Virus record (IMG/VR): IMGVR_UViG_3300023257_000017
Length of the DNA: 20,000 nucleotides
Source of the DNA: an uncultured virus (IMG/VR IMGVR_UViG_3300023257_000017)
Taxonomy: Duplodnaviria > Heunggongvirae > Uroviricota > Caudoviricetes
Strand: one strand, 5' to 3'
The translations under genes were made by a program, and so were the position numbers. The first letter of the stretch is position 1, and each line of letters opens with the position of its first letter. Positions 17,060 through 20,000 of this stretch are shown here, one piece after another. The notes under the pieces were generated by a model. That model was not told the origin of the DNA and searched no databases. It saw only the letters and a program-made list of their open reading frames with translations.

Positions 17060-18742
17060 TTAAGAAATACACACAGCATCCGGAGTGTCCATCTCCTCAT
17101 CATTTGTATAATGTATGTTGATAAGGACTGCGGTAATAAGATCGTCATGTGCTCCTTTACCACCTATTATCATATTGCCATTGGACTTTTTACTAAGACC
17201 GTAAGATAAAGCCTGTTTCTTAAGAATATCCACCCATTCCATTGTAAAATCACATTTATTGTTGTATGGTATTATTATCTTTTGGTCCAGCTTGAAATCA
17301 GATATTGCATCAAGCATTATTTTAACCTTATCCTTATCTGTACTATGTTCGTTTACGTCTATACCTTCCTTCTTCAAATTTTGAATTAGAATACGACCTA
17401 TACTATTATTTTCTATCCACAACTCAGGAGAATGAAACAAACGGAAAACTTTCATTACTTCATGGGTTAAATCTATATCACCACCTTCTGGATCAATAAT
17501 TGGTAAGAATCTTTCCTGCCATAAATATCTTAATATCTTCTTATCTCCTACTTTTTCTATAATAGATATTGCAGCATAATCGGAATATTGACCTTCTCCT
17601 GCTGATGGATCGACAACCATAACATATTTTTTACCACGCTCACCTATTTCCATTAAAGATAATGTTTCATCTGTACATTTCATAAATAAGAAGTAAGACA
17701 TTAAAGCAGATTTGTCAATCTTACATATTTGTTGAATCTCTCTATAGAAATTATAATCGCCCATAATAACTTTTTCTTGCATCAATTCGTCATAAGTGTA
17801 TGCTTCGGGAACTAATACCTCCTTGTTTTTGTGGTTTAAAATCCCTGGAAAAATTCTACAAGCAAACCCCTTTGCGCTAATAAATATCTTCTCATTTGTA
17901 CATAATAATCTTTCTCTCTCATATTTACCATTCGAATCTTTTGCTAATTCATGGTATATATCGTCTTCGGCATGAATCGTCCCTTCTACTACAAATCTAC
18001 CTTTCTTTTGACCAGTAGTTTTATATAGATCTCCAAGTATGAACTTGCTGACTTTCTCTGGTGGATATTTGCCCATAGATGCATCACTCAGAATATCATC
18101 GCACCAGCAAAGTGACACTTGTGCCGATCTTCCAGTACTTCCAACCGTTATACTCTTAATAACTCCCTTATTGTATCCACACTTCTTAACTCCCCATATC
18201 ATATTCTTTTTATTATGTTCCTTCTTTGAAAGAAGCATTTCATTATTATCTATAACTCTCATAAATACAGAAAAGAAGTTCTCTGTCATAATCGGAATAT
18301 TAAAAGCTAGAAGAACATCAAAATATGGAACTAAATACATCTTAAAAGAAATGTATAAATTAGCGAAAAAACTTTTTCCCGACGATCTCGCAGCACAATA
18401 AGATATACGTTTATGTCTTTCTATAAGTAAGAATTGCATCTCTAAAAATTTACGCCATACTGTTCTACCACTAGCAAGGTCACTATATATCATAACTTTA
18501 CAATAAATCATGAAAGCTCTTAATGATGAAATCTTCTGACCGTTATGTACCTCATAGGAAGAATCTAGTGGGTTAGGACCACAACCAAGCTCATTATCAA
18601 TAGCATCCTTTATTAGCTTTTGATGTTGTTTATTTTCTGAATATTCTTGAATTTCTTCGTAAATAAGTGTAGATTTACCCTCTTTTTTCAATAAAGTAAG
18701 GTAACTAAAACATATTTCTTGAAGTCCTCTAATCTGTATCAC
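17060..18742 (-). CDS. terL: Terminase large subunit
   Basis: Walker A AARSSGKS, Walker B LCWCDD, motif III VEGT, RNase H-like nuclease VVDPS...SDYAA, IENNSIG, HDDLITA. Start uncertain (ATG 18811, ATG 18769, GTG 18742 or ATT 18733). Confidence 0.92.
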   Translation of the reverse strand: MIQIRGLQEICFSYLTLLKKEGKSTLIYEEIQEYSENKQHQKLIKDAIDNELGCGPNPLDSSYEVHNGQKISSLRAFMIYCKVMIYSDLASGRTVWRKFLEMQFLLIERHKRISYCAARSSGKSFFANLYISFKMYLVPYFDVLLAFNIPIMTENFFSVFMRVIDNNEMLLSKKEHNKKNMIWGVKKCGYNKGVIKSITVGSTGRSAQVSLCWCDDILSDASMGKYPPEKVSKFILGDLYKTTGQKKGRFVVEGTIHAEDDIYHELAKDSNGKYERERLLCTNEKIFISAKGFACRIFPGILNHKNKEVLVPEAYTYDELMQEKVIMGDYNFYREIQQICKIDKSALMSYFLFMKCTDETLSLMEIGERGKKYVMVVDPSAGEGQYSDYAAISIIEKVGDKKILRYLWQERFLPIIDPEGGDIDLTHEVMKVFRLFHSPELWIENNSIGRILIQNLKKEGIDVNEHSTDKDKVKIMLDAISDFKLDQKIIIPYNNKCDFTMEWVDILKKQALSYGLSKKSNGNMIIGGKGAHDDLITAVLINIHYTNDEEMDTPDAVCIS

Positions 18743-19436
18743 CGTCTTCTTCTTCAACCACTTCTGCATCCACAACTTTCTCTTCCTTTTGGTGGCGTAA
18801 TGTTCTTCCATCTGTAACTTCTGGCTCTACATATTTTTTTACATTGAAATTTGCCATTCCTAGTTCTTTAACTAGCTTATTTGTTGAAGAATCATTAGAT
18901 GTTGCAATATTTACCTGTTTTGTAGACTGGTCAATTAATATACTAGGCTTTTCTTGAGATTGGCCTGTTAGTCTTTTGTAATTTCTAATCATACCAGTAA
19001 CAGAACGTAAGTTATCAGTCAAGGCCTTACCTAATTTTACTACATCATCATTAGTTATAGCAGTAGCAAGCCTTTCTTCAATTATATTTGATGCTTTTTC
19101 TAAACTATCTACTGCATCTGCAAATTTAACTGTCTCATCAAGCACTAAATTAGCTCTGGTCAGATTATATTTTTCAAGATGTACCCTATAATTGACCATT
19201 AACTTAGCATTATCCTTTAATACCTTGGAAACATCCTCTGGTTTAATATCAATCTCATATATCTCAGTTAAAGTCTTTGCTATTTTTGCATAACTATAAT
19301 CTTTCTTTATCATATCCATGACTTGTTTGAGCGCTTCGTTACCTAGCTTCTCTATTTTAATCATTCTATACCTTTTTGGTACACTAGCTAAAAATTTATT
19401 GTTATTATTTCCAATATTAGTAACTCTTTTCAACAT
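18729..19436 (-). CDS. Putative terminase small subunit (235 aa)
   Basis: Directly upstream of terL; N-terminal HTH-like SYAKIAKTL, central helices, acidic tail VVDAEVVEEE; SD GAGG. Confidence 0.6.
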   Translation of the reverse strand: MLKRVTNIGNNNNKFLASVPKRYRMIKIEKLGNEALKQVMDMIKKDYSYAKIAKTLTEIYEIDIKPEDVSKVLKDNAKLMVNYRVHLEKYNLTRANLVLDETVKFADAVDSLEKASNIIEERLATAITNDDVVKLGKALTDNLRSVTGMIRNYKRLTGQSQEKPSILIDQSTKQVNIATSNDSSTNKLVKELGMANFNVKKYVEPEVTDGRTLRHQKEEKVVDAEVVEEEDGDTD

Positions 19437-19753
19437 AATCCCTCTTTTTTATGGTTGTGTTCTAAAACGCATTTAAGCTCTACTAATTTTAATGCTGCAG
19501 AATTACCATTAATTGTTAATCTAATCTTTTTTGACCTTTTATTTCCTTTTGTATAATATTCAGACACAAGCCCTTCTTTTACCATTGAGTTTTTTAGAGC
19601 TAATAGATATGAAGTTGTAGAATTTATCTTCTTAGCAATATAACTAATGTGCATATCTCTTGATTTATTATTAAATAGATATATTAATAGTACTACAATG
19701 ACAGATTTAAATAAACTGTCGATTGATTTATAATATAGATCTGATGATGGCAT
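19430..19753 (-). CDS. Winged-helix (MarR/ArsR-like) DNA-binding protein
   Basis: HISYIAKKINSTTSYLLALKNSMVKEGLV...KRSKKIRLTING is a wHTH signature; start likely ATG 19753 (SD AAGGAG, 1 nt after the upstream stop). Confidence 0.75.
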   Translation of the reverse strand: MPSSDLYYKSIDSLFKSVIVVLLIYLFNNKSRDMHISYIAKKINSTTSYLLALKNSMVKEGLVSEYYTKGNKRSKKIRLTINGNSAALKLVELKCVLEHNHKKEGLC

Positions 19754-19754
19754 A

Positions 19755-19967
19755 TTAGATCTTCTCCTTATCTGTAACTCTTTCTTCAACTATTTTATTT
19801 AATTCATTGCATTTTCCAATCCATAGACAAATCTCACTTTTTAATTCTTCTATCTCTATCTCTTTTTGTTTTAATTGTTTTTTAACTTCTGAATTAATAT
19901 ATGGTGTAATATAATCAACTAATTCAGCACATAATTCTGAGTGGGTTTCACATTTCTGATTTAACAT
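19755..19967 (-). CDS. Hypothetical coiled-coil protein (70 aa)
   Basis: Same strand and tight packing with the downstream gene; KQKEIEIEELKSEI coiled coil. Confidence 0.55.
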   Translation of the reverse strand: MLNQKCETHSELCAELVDYITPYINSEVKKQLKQKEIEIEELKSEICLWIGKCNELNKIVEERVTDKEKI

Positions 19968-20000
19968 AAAACTATTATATGAATTATTATTTGCTTTCGG

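Noticed and set aside
152..18401. All plus-strand ORFs in the track (e.g. 152-337, 3088-3510, 6735-7199, 12694-13377, 16607-17002, 18039-18401)
   Set aside because: They are antisense shadows of well-supported minus-strand genes, mostly Ser/Phe/Leu/Ile-rich, with no recognisable motifs.
7361..19789. ORF-track starts at 7387, 10067, 12450 and 19789
   Set aside because: Downstream ATGs at 7360, 10028, 12441 and 19753 have better-placed SD motifs and less overlap with neighbours.
1..20000. Stop-codon reassignment, inteins/introns, DGR, tRNA genes, integrase/att sites
   Set aside because: Genes are full length in the standard code and TAA, TAG and TGA all end genes; TerL, portal and MCP have ordinary sizes; no RT, TR/VR pair, cloverleaf or recombinase was seen.

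Overview
AT-rich (roughly 30% GC by eye), gene-dense window carrying a near-complete virion morphogenesis module of a head-tail virus (Caudoviricetes; siphovirus-like, as no sheath gene is seen). All credible genes are on the minus strand. Order: wHTH regulator, putative TerS, TerL, portal, two small proteins, HK97/assemblin-like prohead protease, ClpP-type protease-scaffold fusion with an (EDPK)n repeat, major capsid protein, head-tail joining genes, tail tube, tail assembly chaperone with a -1 frameshift site, tape measure protein, small post-TMP protein, a 34-aa peptide, a papain-like peptidase, two membrane-anchored/secreted proteins, and a signal-peptide-bearing DUF2341/LamG-like protein running off the left edge. 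TTTAAATA/TTTATATA boxes, GAGG/GGTGA Shine-Dalgarno motifs, oligo-T terminators and N-X-T sequons point to an archaeal host, possibly DPANN (inference). Highlights: (1) a recurrent [ILVM]-S-K-[FM] motif in the propeptide-like parts of four head proteins, a candidate maturation cleavage site; (2) two unrelated maturation proteases in tandem; (3) an unannotated G/GT frameshift with a stimulatory stem; (4) a secreted-protein cassette where tail-tip genes are expected. All family calls come from motif recognition, not database searches.
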